A stretch of 16,798 bases of DNA from Paramicrosporidium saccamoebae KSL3 (Eukaryota; Fungi; Cryptomycota), in contig MTSL01000181.1 in assembly GCA_002794465.1 (NCBI GenBank), positions 1,113 through 17,910 of the forward strand, read 5' to 3'. The notes under the pieces are model-generated. The model made no database searches, was not told the origin of the DNA, and was given only the letters and a program-made list of their open reading frames with translations. This document shows positions 16,351 through 16,798 of the stretch, in pieces (positions within the stretch are counted from its first letter, which is position 1; each line of letters opens with the position of its first letter). A program made the translations under genes and the position numbers.

Positions 16351-16798
16351 TTATTGTAAGGCTAGAAGTAAGACCCTGTTGATGGGTGAGCTATATTTAT
16401 TAAGATGTATGGCTCCTTTATTGGTAGCCATCCTCGACATGGAAAGAATGGATTGTGGGATCGCCATTGCTATATCTGGGTTGGACATCAATAACACGTG
16501 GATACCGCCTAATAAACCCTTTTAGTGCAAGAAAGTATATCTTTATTAAAGACGCCATTACAGAACACCATCCTCGGGATAGTGATATAGCGAATCGATT
16601 AGCTGGGTATTTGAGGATGTCTTCCTAGTTTGGAGCAATCAAAGAAAGAGCGAGATCTGTATCCATACTATTCTAGGACTACCAGTAACCAAGTTTCCTT
16701 CCCGCCTGACTTGGTCCGCGGCTTCATCCCCACTACGCTACAGGTGTATATTTCGAACCAAACAAGATTGTTCAATAATATTATTATACAGCTTCATT
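16351..16798 (-). CDS. Possible 3' end of an unidentified spliced gene entering from the right
   Basis: Candidate introns 16668-16625 (44 nt) and 16561-16519 (43 nt) join the open frames RSGDEAADQVRREGNLVTGSPRI/EDILKYPANRFAISLSRGWCS/GLLGGIHVLLMSNPD...RVLLLALQ*. No homology recognised, and these introns are longer than the others modelled. Confidence 0.3.

Noticed and set aside
16750-16760. B-box-like GGTTCGAAA on the minus strand
   Set aside because: No T-stem pairing or acceptor stem; not a tRNA.
1-16798. Mobile elements, CRISPR arrays, rRNA/tRNA genes
   Set aside because: No transposase/RT/integrase ORF, no repeat-spacer array, and no recognisable rRNA or cloverleaf.

Overview
An extremely compact eukaryotic (opisthokont, fungus-like) genomic segment. 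Manual splicing of the ORF track gives 16 protein-coding genes plus a possible 17th fragment at the right edge: RPN5 (5' part), QTRT1/TGT, TFIIE-beta, a short SYCP2/Rec10/Red1-like meiotic axis protein, ERF4/GOLGA7, DPH4, an Iec1-like zinc-finger protein, ATP5/OSCP, SNX3, TRM1, enoyl-CoA hydratase, PSF1, RPA2, a GT8 glycosyltransferase, CMS1 and UTP21. I modelled 33 GT-AG introns, all 28-41 nt. Intergenic gaps are 1-266 nt, and five head-to-head pairs have ATGs only 32-77 nt apart. This architecture, with mitochondrial ATP synthase and beta-oxidation genes retained, suggests an early-diverging microsporidia relative (Rozellomycota-like); that assignment is inference only. Most notable: (1) a miniaturised candidate meiotic axis-core protein with a putative HORMAD closure motif; (2) atypical 5' splice sites (GTAY, little +5G, almost no +4A); (3) a C(UUCG)G-capped structured element between SNX3 and TRM1; (4) a possible non-AUG mitochondrial extension on TRM1; (5) a CAGGG motif shared by the tiny bidirectional promoters. 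All family assignments come from recalled motifs, not database searches.
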